Positions 8,324-17,820 of a stretch of 44,097 nucleotides of DNA are shown one piece after another. The stretch is from Bdellovibrionales bacterium (GTDB taxonomy: Bacteria; Bdellovibrionota; Bdellovibrionia; Bdellovibrionales; JAMPXM01). Below the pieces are notes generated by a model, which made no database searches, was not told the origin of the DNA, and saw only the letters and a list, made by a program, of their open reading frames with translations. The DNA lies in assembly GCA_043739185.1 (NCBI GenBank), contig JAYUEN010000211.1:1-44097 (forward strand), written 5' to 3'. Position 1 is the first letter of the stretch, and every line of letters starts with the position of its first letter. Position numbers and translations under genes: made by a program.

Positions 8324-8688
8324 ACGGGTTTACTGAAGGCGAACCCAGGCCTGGTAACTCGAAAAATCTCAGCCTCAACCCCCAATAAAGTCTCAACTCC
8401 AGATTTTTTCATTCCGAGTTTTTGCGCAACTTTTTTAGAAGCGATATTATCTGGAGTGATTGAGGCGCAGATTTCATAATCAATTTGTTGAGCGACGAAA
8501 TTATCAGAAACATTAACGACTAATTTTACAGACCCCAATTGATCTGAAATTAATTTATAAACATTGCCAGCCGAGGCTTCCGAAGCTGCGTTATACCGAG
8601 CACCGTCGCTGCAAGACCAGCCACTTCTAAAAATCTCATCTATCTCTATTGTTAAAAACGACAGATTGTATTCTTGGATAGACATCAA
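8314..8688 (-). pseudogene. Chimeric remnant: Rhs repeat fragment fused to a RimJ/RimL GNAT C-terminus
   Basis: YKLISDQLGSVKLVVN..VAQQIDY (Rhs core-type motif, ~8476-8568), then ASITPDNIASKKVAQKLGM (GNAT C-terminal motif). Confidence 0.65.
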
Positions 8689-8727
8689 ACATTCGATTCA
8701 AACAATGAATAATCAATACGAAAATTT

Positions 8728-9801
8728 TTATTCGCCATCTAGGTAGAGCAATTGGGAGGCCTTGCCAATGGCCGCATGTTCAAGAAGTGGTTTGGCTAGC
8801 ACCCATCCGTCATTGTTTTCGGCTTGCCAATCCGCACCCCAAGAATTGTGTATTTTCACCAAATCTATACAGCTGGATTCTTTGCATACCTTTTTGTATC
8901 CGGAAATAACTGCGCAGTGACTGCCAGTTTTGCAATTACCGACATCATTTGTCTGAGGAATTTCATTTGGGCAAAGCGAAATTCCGATGGGTGTATTTTG
9001 ATTCAAAACCTGCTTAATTTTAATGAAGGCATCATCGTAAGTCACAGGTGTCGTGCTCATTTTTCGTGGCCATACCACATGAGAACTGACTGTGAACTCG
9101 AGGCCTGTGTCGCAGTTGCCAAGCAACAAATGATGTAAAAAGGATTCAAAACTGGATTCATTGAGGGCGTCGTTTACATTTTTTACATCTGAAAAGATTC
9201 CAAATTTACTTTCAATTATTGAGCAGGTATTTACATCATGTTTTTGGCGCTGTTCGACATATAATTTTCGTAGTTCATCGAAGGCACCGCGTGAGGCTTG
9301 AACCTTGTCATTGATCGTACCTTGGGCATAGCGGGCTGAAAACTGATCATATGGAAAACATGATTCGGGCAATATGAGTCCGGAATCTCGAGCCTTTAAC
9401 AATAAAAACTCTAAGCCAGCGCCTTTATCAAGTGAAATGGGATTGTCCTTTCTCAACGACGGCCCATTTTTAGAATTAGCCAAAGCCGCGAGTGAGAGGG
9501 CAGATGGAACTCTATCCAAAGGTGTTGATGCGCAATCACTTGTGTCTTCAATTTTGCAATCATGCTGCATATAAAGTGTAACCGCTGCCATCGCACAGCA
9601 AATAGGTAAAGCAAGTTGGGAATGAACAGCTGGCATATATGACACTTCACTAGACGATCCGGACTCTACATAATCGTTTGTTGGTATTACAAATGCGGCC
9701 GTCTCGGATGAAGGCTGAGCATCAGCAAAAGCTAGATCATTAGCAAATGAGAGGCAAAGCAAAAGGGCGAATATTTGGACTATAAAATTATATCTTCGCA
9801 T
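8728..9801 (-). CDS. Secreted papain-like cysteine peptidase (C1-like)
   Basis: Q-x5-C (QLALPIC), His (SHCAVISGY), Asn (IHNSWG); signal peptide. Confidence 0.85.
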   Translation of the reverse strand: MRRYNFIVQIFALLLCLSFANDLAFADAQPSSETAAFVIPTNDYVESGSSSEVSYMPAVHSQLALPICCAMAAVTLYMQHDCKIEDTSDCASTPLDRVPSALSLAALANSKNGPSLRKDNPISLDKGAGLEFLLLKARDSGLILPESCFPYDQFSARYAQGTINDKVQASRGAFDELRKLYVEQRQKHDVNTCSIIESKFGIFSDVKNVNDALNESSFESFLHHLLLGNCDTGLEFTVSSHVVWPRKMSTTPVTYDDAFIKIKQVLNQNTPIGISLCPNEIPQTNDVGNCKTGSHCAVISGYKKVCKESSCIDLVKIHNSWGADWQAENNDGWVLAKPLLEHAAIGKASQLLYLDGE

Positions 9802-9818
9802 GTTTATAATATTATATA

Positions 9819-11798
9819 ATGCAACCGATCAATGCCAGTAAATTGAAAATTCCTACACCAAGTCTCATCACTTGGGTTCGTAGATCTATGTGTTTATTGC
9901 TTTCTCTCATTGTAATTAGGGCTTCGGCCCAAATGGATACTGCCCAAAGGTCGGGATCTATAATTAAGGGCGCTGGTGAACAGACCACGTATTTTTTTAT
10001 TTCAGGAAGTTCACCTTCGTATCTTCATAAATATGCAAATAGTAAAATAGAAGCACTCATTAAAAATGATGGCGAATTCTATAAATTCAAAATCGAGCGT
10101 AACTTCATACAAGAAGCCATTGTCGAAAAGCGTTTCGGAAATATAAGAGTGGTGGCAAATTTTATTCTTAAAGATGAAAAATACCAGCTACAAAAATTTA
10201 CATTCAGCAACAGATTCGGTTTTGCGTTCGACGCTACCTGTTCGCAAGAAAATGCAGTCATAGGTCCCGGGTCAAATCTTTCAGACATCACAAAAGTGGT
10301 AAAAAGGAAAGATACGGCGAAAGAGAAAAAAGTAGAATTCTTATCTCAATCTTGCAAAAACTTGAATCTTGCTGATGCTAGAAAGCTGCAGGAATTATAT
10401 AATTACTTCAAGGCTAAAAATGATTTGAGCAAACGCTTAGTTCGGTGCCTTTCGAAAAAAACATTGTTGCAAATTATAACTAAGAACAATAAAGATTTTG
10501 AGTCCACTGGAACGAAAGATCAAGATGATCCGGCCCAAATCCTGAGCGGCGCAATCGATCAAATTAAAAAGACATTCCAGGGTGATATTGAACAGGCCAA
10601 TGGCGGCGTGAGTCCTCTTAGCATAGAATGTGAAAAAAATGTGGATGCAAAGAATACCAATCCAGCCAAGTTTGACGCGGACACAGGTAAAATAATTTTT
10701 TATTTAAAAGATGAATTAGATGCAAAAGGCAGAGACGCTCTATTGGATGCGCAGAACTTACGTCATGTGTTTGTCCATGAGTTTGTTCACTCATCGATCT
10801 CACAACCCCATATGTGTTCAGCTGACATAGAAGATAAAATTGCAGAGAGTATTGCTGTCGCCTGCGCACCTATGCCGAAAAGCAAATTTGTAAGTGCTAG
10901 TTCGAACGTCACCAAAGCAGTGGTCATGAGTGCCACGGCCCTAGATGTAAGCTTGAGCGATACAGCAAAGATTTCTGAAGCAGGAGCGATTGAGATTACT
11001 GCTGCCGTCGCTGGAATTCCGGTGCAAAACGTGGATCCGACCACACTTTCTTATGTAAGTAATCTTCCGAGTTCAGATCAAGAGCCTGCGGCAGTGGAGC
11101 AGGTTCTACCAGCTAGTTTTGCCCCGGCCATGTCACATTTTACAAAAGCCGTCGGCCAGATTGCAGAGATAGTGATCCCTCATGCAGAGGCACAAATTGC
11201 CAAAGGGTCCGTTCGGGCAAATGGCGTGAGTTCATCTGCGATAATCGAAGATAGTATTGTGCCAAATCCAAGTCTTAATCACCAAGATGTTCCATCGTAT
11301 TCGATTGAAGATAAAACCTATTCACCAACTCCTGGAAATCTAGCCGTGGCAAGTACAATATTAGATGAGCCAAGAGTGATTGCCGTGCAACCCAAATCTC
11401 CTGCCGAAGTTCCACGAAGAGATTCATTGACAGAACGGTTAAAGGCTGGCGGCGATAAAAATTCAAACTCCGGGGCGAGCACATTTGGAGCAAAGCCGCC
11501 GGTAGCTGCTCTTGGCGTATCGGCATTCGATCTCAAGCTACAAAGATTGGCCTTGAACGAAGCTTTAGCCGTTCCACAAAGCTATCCCATTGGCGGGGTA
11601 CCCTTTGGCAACCACAGTCTTGTCGGCGACGACTATGCAAAATTTCTTTCAAGAATGAAGGACCCTGAATTTTTGAAGACACTCGAGCAAAATGGCATTC
11701 TCATATCTCGCAAAGGGGTAGTTCTCACTCAACCCAAAAAGGTAGCGGTAATCTACATTGATACCGGCGTAGCACTGCTTTACGGAAATATTCAGTGA
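9819..11798 (+). CDS. Large secreted protein with HExxH zinc-metallopeptidase-like motif (start may be 9888)
   Basis: VFVHEFVH followed by a candidate third-ligand E; signal-like N-terminus; Ser/Ala/Pro-rich C-terminal half. Confidence 0.65.
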   Translation: MQPINASKLKIPTPSLITWVRRSMCLLLSLIVIRASAQMDTAQRSGSIIKGAGEQTTYFFISGSSPSYLHKYANSKIEALIKNDGEFYKFKIERNFIQEAIVEKRFGNIRVVANFILKDEKYQLQKFTFSNRFGFAFDATCSQENAVIGPGSNLSDITKVVKRKDTAKEKKVEFLSQSCKNLNLADARKLQELYNYFKAKNDLSKRLVRCLSKKTLLQIITKNNKDFESTGTKDQDDPAQILSGAIDQIKKTFQGDIEQANGGVSPLSIECEKNVDAKNTNPAKFDADTGKIIFYLKDELDAKGRDALLDAQNLRHVFVHEFVHSSISQPHMCSADIEDKIAESIAVACAPMPKSKFVSASSNVTKAVVMSATALDVSLSDTAKISEAGAIEITAAVAGIPVQNVDPTTLSYVSNLPSSDQEPAAVEQVLPASFAPAMSHFTKAVGQIAEIVIPHAEAQIAKGSVRANGVSSSAIIEDSIVPNPSLNHQDVPSYSIEDKTYSPTPGNLAVASTILDEPRVIAVQPKSPAEVPRRDSLTERLKAGGDKNSNSGASTFGAKPPVAALGVSAFDLKLQRLALNEALAVPQSYPIGGVPFGNHSLVGDDYAKFLSRMKDPEFLKTLEQNGILISRKGVVLTQPKKVAVIYIDTGVALLYGNIQ

Positions 11799-13846
11799 GG
11801 AAATTGAGTCTTCGCAATTTGCCCCTCAGCTTAAAAATAAGTCTGTTCGCATTCGTAAGTATACTGAGTCTAAACATATTGGCGAATATCTTTTTCAAAA
11901 GCAAAATTGTTTCAGAAAATTCCGAATTTTTTCGAGCCTCGGCAGAACAGTGTTTAGATTCGATCAAAACGCCACTTGCAAATGAAGATCTTGGAGAGGC
12001 TTGCGCTCTTATGCAGAAAGCTCATGACCGAAAACTCACCAAATTTTTTATCATTCACGCCGGCTCCATCCCAATATGCTATGCTCCTGCCAATCAAGCT
12101 GAATCGATCAACCGAAAATTTCAGGTATTTGATCAAGTCGTACATGAGCCCGTTGGACGTTTTGATTTCAAAAGTATTAAGTCCCATAATTACATTGCAA
12201 CGGTAGGTTGGCTCAACACTTCAAGCGAAAATTACTTTCGTAGTTTCATATTTAAGCTCCCGACCATTTTGTTTGGAATTTTGATATCTGTAGTTGTCAT
12301 AGGAATCATTGTATTTCGAGAAACACGAGCCATAAAAAAATTACTTTCAGTATTTAAAAAGTCGGCCAGGGTTTCCGAACACATGATTGAACATAAAAAG
12401 AAATTAAGCGGGGAAGCAGTCGAAATTCAACAGCTCTGGAGGTCAGCTTATGCAATCGAAAGGAGTACTGAGCAGCTCAAAAGTGAAGTCAAATTTGTAG
12501 CTCAGGATGCACAAAATGCATTGCGTAGAGAAATCGCTCAGAAGGGTGAGACAATTCCATATCGTTTTTTTTCGGCCATGCTTCGATTTGATATGAATAA
12601 TTATACTAAGACCTTCATTGAAAATCCGGAGGCAACTCAAGGCCTAATTTCGCGGCTAAGTATTGAAGTAGATGAGCTTGTGCACCGTTATGGTGGTCTC
12701 TTTTATGGTTTTGCTGGAGACGAATACTTGGTGCTCTTTCGCGACAGCGAAAAGCTAAATGCTAAGAGTCTCGCTTTTGCCTGTATGAGAGATATTTTTA
12801 CGAAATGTGAAGAAGTATTCGGTGAAGCCAGCGGTGGTCCTATGGTCACGCTAAAAGCCTCAATTAGCTATAGCGAGAATGTACTATTTGAAATTCCAAA
12901 TGGGATGTTTTTGAGAGGACTCAATCTTATTCTCGGCCAACGGTATTTAGCTAATGTCTCGGTAAAAGATGTGAATAAATTGGTGGTAAACGCTCAAGAT
13001 ATTGAGGCGTATGAAGCCCTTGGTAAATTTTCACCTAGCCAAACAGTAAAGCTCAAGGGCATTGAAGGACAATGTGAGCTTCATGAACAAACTGAATTTA
13101 AAAGCCTTTCGGAGGGCCTTGAGCAAGATAATTTTTCATATCTGAGCTATTTCCGCTCCAATAATGATATCTTCAAATTGCTGAAGAACATCGAGCAAAA
13201 TACATTCACAATTGAAATTAAAATGAAAATTTTGGAGCACCTGAGAAGTTTTGTAGTAAGTCGAATTGACGGGAAAATTGCAGCCGAATTTTTAAATGTT
13301 TTTCAAATCTTAGATAGGCAGCCGCATGAGAATAAGCAGGTGCTGGCGAGCTTATTAACCGCTGCCGAGAGGTTTTTGCCCATTCAAATATGGACTGAAG
13401 AACTGAGCGCAGCACTGTTGGCTGCGAATTGCAAAAGTGAGCCTAGATGCAAAAGTGAAATTTTAAATTTACTTGCCATGCGAGCACCAACAGAAAAGTT
13501 CGATTTGTATGTCAACCAATTGCTTGAGAAACACAAGGGTCACGACCTCCGTGCATTTGGCAATTATCTCATGGCTAAAGCAAAATCTGGGCTCGATGAC
13601 AAACTATTGGGTGAGTGCGAGCGTATGCTTAAATCAAAAAATGAACTCGAGATAGCTACCGGTATTTATGCAACTTCTCGAATTATACAAACCCAGAACA
13701 ATATAGACCCAGTTGCGCTTTCCCAGTTTGATATCATACCAGAGTTAATTTTGCGTATTCGCAATTTACAGACGCACCCAGAGGCCATTGTGAGCTCGCG
13801 CGCTTTGATTGAATTGCGTGAGTTGAAAAATATTGAGATAGAGTGA
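11795..13846 (+). CDS. Membrane-bound class III adenylate/guanylate cyclase-like protein with helical C-terminal region
   Basis: Two TM segments around a periplasmic domain; FDMNNYT, YGG..AGDE, LKASI, VKLKG motifs. Confidence 0.85.
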   Translation: MRKLSLRNLPLSLKISLFAFVSILSLNILANIFFKSKIVSENSEFFRASAEQCLDSIKTPLANEDLGEACALMQKAHDRKLTKFFIIHAGSIPICYAPANQAESINRKFQVFDQVVHEPVGRFDFKSIKSHNYIATVGWLNTSSENYFRSFIFKLPTILFGILISVVVIGIIVFRETRAIKKLLSVFKKSARVSEHMIEHKKKLSGEAVEIQQLWRSAYAIERSTEQLKSEVKFVAQDAQNALRREIAQKGETIPYRFFSAMLRFDMNNYTKTFIENPEATQGLISRLSIEVDELVHRYGGLFYGFAGDEYLVLFRDSEKLNAKSLAFACMRDIFTKCEEVFGEASGGPMVTLKASISYSENVLFEIPNGMFLRGLNLILGQRYLANVSVKDVNKLVVNAQDIEAYEALGKFSPSQTVKLKGIEGQCELHEQTEFKSLSEGLEQDNFSYLSYFRSNNDIFKLLKNIEQNTFTIEIKMKILEHLRSFVVSRIDGKIAAEFLNVFQILDRQPHENKQVLASLLTAAERFLPIQIWTEELSAALLAANCKSEPRCKSEILNLLAMRAPTEKFDLYVNQLLEKHKGHDLRAFGNYLMAKAKSGLDDKLLGECERMLKSKNELEIATGIYATSRIIQTQNNIDPVALSQFDIIPELILRIRNLQTHPEAIVSSRALIELRELKNIEIE

Positions 13847-13847
13847 G

Positions 13848-14267
13848 GTGAGTTTGAATAATCTTTTAATCATTTTCTTATTTGCTTCAAATGTGTATGC
13901 AGGGTCAGGACCGGTAAAGGTACCTAAGTTAGCAAACGCTGAGTTTGCGGTGTTTGACGGAACTAAATACAGAAAATTTAGCACCTTCATTGCTTATGGA
14001 TTGAAATTGAGTTCAGAATGTAAGCCCAAGAAGGGCCCAATAATATGTAAGGCTTTCGAAGCCTCAACTAAAAAAATTGAAAAAATCATTAGTCCCGCCT
14101 CACAGATGAATCCGGCATCGATTTTGTGCAATCAACTAGGCGGCAAAAACTTAATAGCACTTAATAATGCGCGTGAAGAATTTAATTATTGTGAATTTGA
14201 AGATCGGTCTATGGCTAACTCCTGGTCGCTTTACTACAAATTCTATCCTAAAAATATAATGAAATAA
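13848..14267 (+). CDS. Secreted protein with C-terminal DUF333-like domain
   Basis: MNPASILCNQLGGK...YCEFED...WSLY matches the DUF333 pattern; signal peptide. Confidence 0.75.
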   Translation: MSLNNLLIIFLFASNVYAGSGPVKVPKLANAEFAVFDGTKYRKFSTFIAYGLKLSSECKPKKGPIICKAFEASTKKIEKIISPASQMNPASILCNQLGGKNLIALNNAREEFNYCEFEDRSMANSWSLYYKFYPKNIMK

Positions 14268-14353
14268 TTGGTAGGGGCGAAGCTAACATAATCGAACCAA
14301 CCCAGCTCTCAATAAAGAAAGTTTACATGGTTCATTAAGGCCCTCTTTTTTTA

Positions 14354-15592
14354 TTAGTAAGGCTGCCTGAGTGCGGGATTGTTTCCTAACTCCATGGCGA
14401 GGGCAATTGCAATTTTAGAATACATTACCGAGTGCTTCCAGCTCATGAGTGGCGATACAATATCATTGGCAGTATGAATATTTCCGTTCATTGTGCCCAT
14501 AGTGGCTTCAAAGGGCATTAGGGTTGGATAGCCTTGGCGATACCAAGAAGCATGATCTGAGCAGCCATAGCCGCAACGATCCTCTACAACTTTGGCTCCG
14601 ATATAATTTTTGTTAATTTCAACTAATATTTCTCGCATCCAAGAGCTTGTATAATCAGTCATACTTCCGATCACGAGTTCGCCTGCGCCAGGAAATAAGG
14701 TCATATCTAATTGAAGTGCGCCAATCACATCGAGAGCCGCATCTTTGTATTGTTTAGCAATTTCAGCTGAGCCAAGCAGGCCTGATTCTTCGCCCGCATA
14801 CCAAAAGAAATCTACAGTTCGGGCCATTGCAGGTTGGCCCAGCAAAATTCTCAGCGCTTCAATCAAATTCGCTGAACCTGAAGCATTGTCATCTGAACCT
14901 GGAGCTCTTTTTTCGCCATCCATATTGATAGAATCTAAGTGACCGCCCAAAACAATTATTTCTTGAGGCTTAGAGGCGCCCACTAATCTCAGGCGAATCG
15001 ATTTTTGCTTTGTGCTCTGATGATCTATTAAAACTACACTCCCTTGGCGATGCGAAGATTGCAACATGAGATCAAGCTTGGCCTTTAATTGCACCACATG
15101 CTCATTGGGATTTGGATCTCTGTTATAGCGATTCGGAAAGGCCGAAAGCCAATTGACCACGCTCATGAGGTTTTTTTCTTCAATCTGAGAAATTGCATTT
15201 TCGATTTCAGGTCTCTTAGGCAAAGCAACGGACCTGAAAGGCGCTCTTGCAAAGGTATAATCTAAAATCAAATGATTTTTTAAGTTCTGAAAAATATTAC
15301 CATAGTTATTTTGGCCGCCTAAAACCCGAGGTGTGAGAGCTTCAAATCCACCGCATTTTCCGTAGCGATGAGCTAGTTGGCTTAACTTAGCCTGAGCGTG
15401 GATATCTAAAAATGCCAATCCTAAATTCAATTGCTGATCTTCGTACTGAATCTGAGGGCTAATTTGTTTCAGCAAGTGAAGGTCAGCAAGGACGGGCGTT
15501 CGAAGCTGATTGGGCTGACCGACTTGAGCAATTGCAGAAAGTTGAAAGCTGAATAGGCCAAGAGTGACAAGAAGCTTTGAAATGAATGCCAT
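14354..15592 (-). CDS. Secreted M28 family leucyl aminopeptidase
   Basis: GGHLDS, GSDDNASG, GEESGLLGS, QLDMT, CSDHASW; signal plus propeptide. Confidence 0.93.
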   Translation of the reverse strand: MAFISKLLVTLGLFSFQLSAIAQVGQPNQLRTPVLADLHLLKQISPQIQYEDQQLNLGLAFLDIHAQAKLSQLAHRYGKCGGFEALTPRVLGGQNNYGNIFQNLKNHLILDYTFARAPFRSVALPKRPEIENAISQIEEKNLMSVVNWLSAFPNRYNRDPNPNEHVVQLKAKLDLMLQSSHRQGSVVLIDHQSTKQKSIRLRLVGASKPQEIIVLGGHLDSINMDGEKRAPGSDDNASGSANLIEALRILLGQPAMARTVDFFWYAGEESGLLGSAEIAKQYKDAALDVIGALQLDMTLFPGAGELVIGSMTDYTSSWMREILVEINKNYIGAKVVEDRCGYGCSDHASWYRQGYPTLMPFEATMGTMNGNIHTANDIVSPLMSWKHSVMYSKIAIALAMELGNNPALRQPY

Positions 15593-15729
15593 ATTTTGAT
15601 TTCCTCCGGAAGGAGATCATGCCTATTAAGCCGTTCAGAAGACAAGTTGATTCTTCACTTGGCAGCGTATCAATTTGCATTAAGTGATGAAATAGTGATG
15701 TGCCGCGCTTGATTTGAAAGAGGTCGGAC

Positions 15730-16032
15730 TCAGCCGTCGGAACTAGCGTCCTCAATAGCCTTTAATATTTTCTTATTGCCCTTGTATTTCTTTTCAATGG
15801 ACTGAAGATCTTTATCAAATTTGCTGCATTGGCATTCTTGCATAGCCTTTTCAATTTCAATCTTTCTTTCAGCATCATAGGGTTCTTCACCGCTCCAGTG
15901 TCCACAACAGGACTTTCGCTCGATTATTTTTTGAACCTCTTTAGGAAAATCGGGCGCTGCTGCGTTTTCGGCTTTAATTGGTTGGCAAAGAAATATCGAA
16001 AAAATTAAAATCAAAGTCATATGTGTATTCAT
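15730..16032 (-). CDS. Small secreted Cys-containing hypothetical protein
   Basis: Signal peptide; CGHWSGEEPYDAER segment; overlaps the upstream stop. Confidence 0.7.
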   Translation of the reverse strand: MNTHMTLILIFSIFLCQPIKAENAAAPDFPKEVQKIIERKSCCGHWSGEEPYDAERKIEIEKAMQECQCSKFDKDLQSIEKKYKGNKKILKAIEDASSDG

Positions 16033-16556
16033 TTAAATTCCAAACTAGCGGTTTTCTTCTCTTTAAGAAGGGGGCCTATTACTTTCTCTAAATCGTCTAG
16101 GGTCATATTGTGATCTAGAATCCATCCATCTTTCTGTAAAATCCTATTTCGATCAATAAGAAAGGTCAATGGCAGGCGCCAAATACGGCCAAAAGATTTA
16201 AAGCTCGCCTCTCTAGCAAAGCCAGAACTAAAACTGTATTTCATCATCAATTCGCGCGCTTTTGATTCATGTTTTGCGGTGTCCATGCTGATGGCAATAA
16301 GCTGTAGGCCTTCATCGTGATGATTTTTAAAATACGAGTCGAGTAGGGGCATCTCAGTTTTACAAGCTTCGCACCAGCTGGCCCAAAAATGTATGAGCAC
16401 GACCTGGCCTGAGTTTTTTGCGAGAGAAAACTTCTCGCCATTAATTAACTTTGCTTCAAACTCAGGTGCAAGTTTGCCCACTGTTGCTGAACGACATGGG
16501 CAAAATGCTAATACGAGGAGAGTAAAAAATAAAAATTTGATAACTTTCAAATTCAC
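16029..16556 (-). CDS. TlpA-family thiol:disulfide oxidoreductase
   Basis: APEF..FWASWCEAC..EMP; GTG 16556 with GGAG RBS. Confidence 0.9.
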   Translation of the reverse strand: MNLKVIKFLFFTLLVLAFCPCRSATVGKLAPEFEAKLINGEKFSLAKNSGQVVLIHFWASWCEACKTEMPLLDSYFKNHHDEGLQLIAISMDTAKHESKARELMMKYSFSSGFAREASFKSFGRIWRLPLTFLIDRNRILQKDGWILDHNMTLDDLEKVIGPLLKEKKTASLEFK

Positions 16557-16593
16557 GCTAAGTCTCCCGCGACAAGTGGTCATCGCTAAAAAG

Positions 16594-17580
16594 CTAAAAC
16601 AAATACCGAGCTCCAAGAGAAAAAGTATAAGTTGGAGCGAGCTGCACACCAAACAGATTCTGAAAAATCGGCAGTTGCAAAAAGGTATAGAGCTCAACCC
16701 CAGACCCACCGATAGGCACGCCAACTCCTGGGCTCAGATATGCTATCGTGCCCCCGGTACTCACGGTATCAGCGTTTGCTCCTGTATCGTGTTCGACATA
16801 ACGAGCATTGATCTGAAGCTGAGGAGTCATAAACTCAACTCCAAAATAGCGAAAACCAAAACTAAAGTTGAGCGCACTTCCAGGCTTGTAGGCATCTTTT
16901 TCGCCCAGAGCTGTTTGATATATTCCCTCGCCAAAATAATCCCAACTCTTACTCATAGCTTGATTGAAATAGGCTCCAACTATTAGATCTGTCGTTCCGC
17001 TTCCTGGTTGCAAACCGCGATCAATTGCCACTGGCCCTGAGTTAGCTGTATCTGTTGAATTGCCAGTGAGTGAATGGCTGCCGGTTGCAAGCTTTAATCC
17101 GAAAAGAACGCCAAAATCATGTTCTTCATTGAAGCCTTGAAAACGGCTAATGAGTTTAGCATCTCCTAGATTTGAGGTTTCTGAATCGTATTGGCCACCG
17201 CCAGTTCCCGCCGTATAACCATCGGAGGCCGTGCCCAAAGTACTATGCTTACGCATAATATAGGGCAGTTGCAAACTTAGCTTCCAAGAAGAATTGAAAC
17301 TGTATTCGCTAGTTGCAGTTATATAATTATTCTTTGTATAAGTTTCGACTTCTTGTGGATTGCCACTACTCAATAGCTTACTTGCCGCCTGAGGAGAAAT
17401 GCTTGAAGTTTCACTTCGAAGTTGGCTTTGATTGATATAGTCATATCGAAGGTCGAATTTAAAACCAGTGGTTGAGGATTGCTCCCAATCCGAGCTAAGC
17501 GTACAGCCGCAACTTGCGCAGGCCCAGCTAAGTACAGGTGAAAAAGCAAATGCTAAAAATACAATTAAAATACTGAACAT
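16594..17580 (-). CDS. Outer-membrane beta-barrel channel with N-terminal CASCGC motif
   Basis: Signal then CASCGC; amphipathic strands; C-terminal GARYLF. Confidence 0.78.
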   Translation of the reverse strand: MFSILIVFLAFAFSPVLSWACASCGCTLSSDWEQSSTTGFKFDLRYDYINQSQLRSETSSISPQAASKLLSSGNPQEVETYTKNNYITATSEYSFNSSWKLSLQLPYIMRKHSTLGTASDGYTAGTGGGQYDSETSNLGDAKLISRFQGFNEEHDFGVLFGLKLATGSHSLTGNSTDTANSGPVAIDRGLQPGSGTTDLIVGAYFNQAMSKSWDYFGEGIYQTALGEKDAYKPGSALNFSFGFRYFGVEFMTPQLQINARYVEHDTGANADTVSTGGTIAYLSPGVGVPIGGSGVELYTFLQLPIFQNLFGVQLAPTYTFSLGARYLF

Positions 17581-17820
17581 TATATGACATGGCCATCTAT
17601 TTGGCAAAACAGAGACCAACAACAAAAAATAAGGAAGGCTTTTTTTAAAACACTCATTTTATTCGCACCCAGAAAAATTAGAATAGCTCTTTGGATTTGG
17701 GCAATCAAGACAAAAGTTCATTGAGTGTAAGAGCTGTTCCGAGCTTTGTGATTCCTTACTTAAGGGCCCTAAAATAGTCGTAAAGCTCAAAGCCACTTTA
17801 GGAAAGTCTTAAACTAAATT

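Noticed and set aside
7669..9948. Exact 15-mer TGGATACTGCCCAAA after the signal peptides of two genes (7669-7683, 9934-9948)
   Set aside because: One or two 15-mer matches are expected by chance in 44 kb; no further homology.
16393..16986. 197-aa plus-strand ORF and other long antisense ORFs
   Set aside because: Shadows of well-supported opposite-strand genes.
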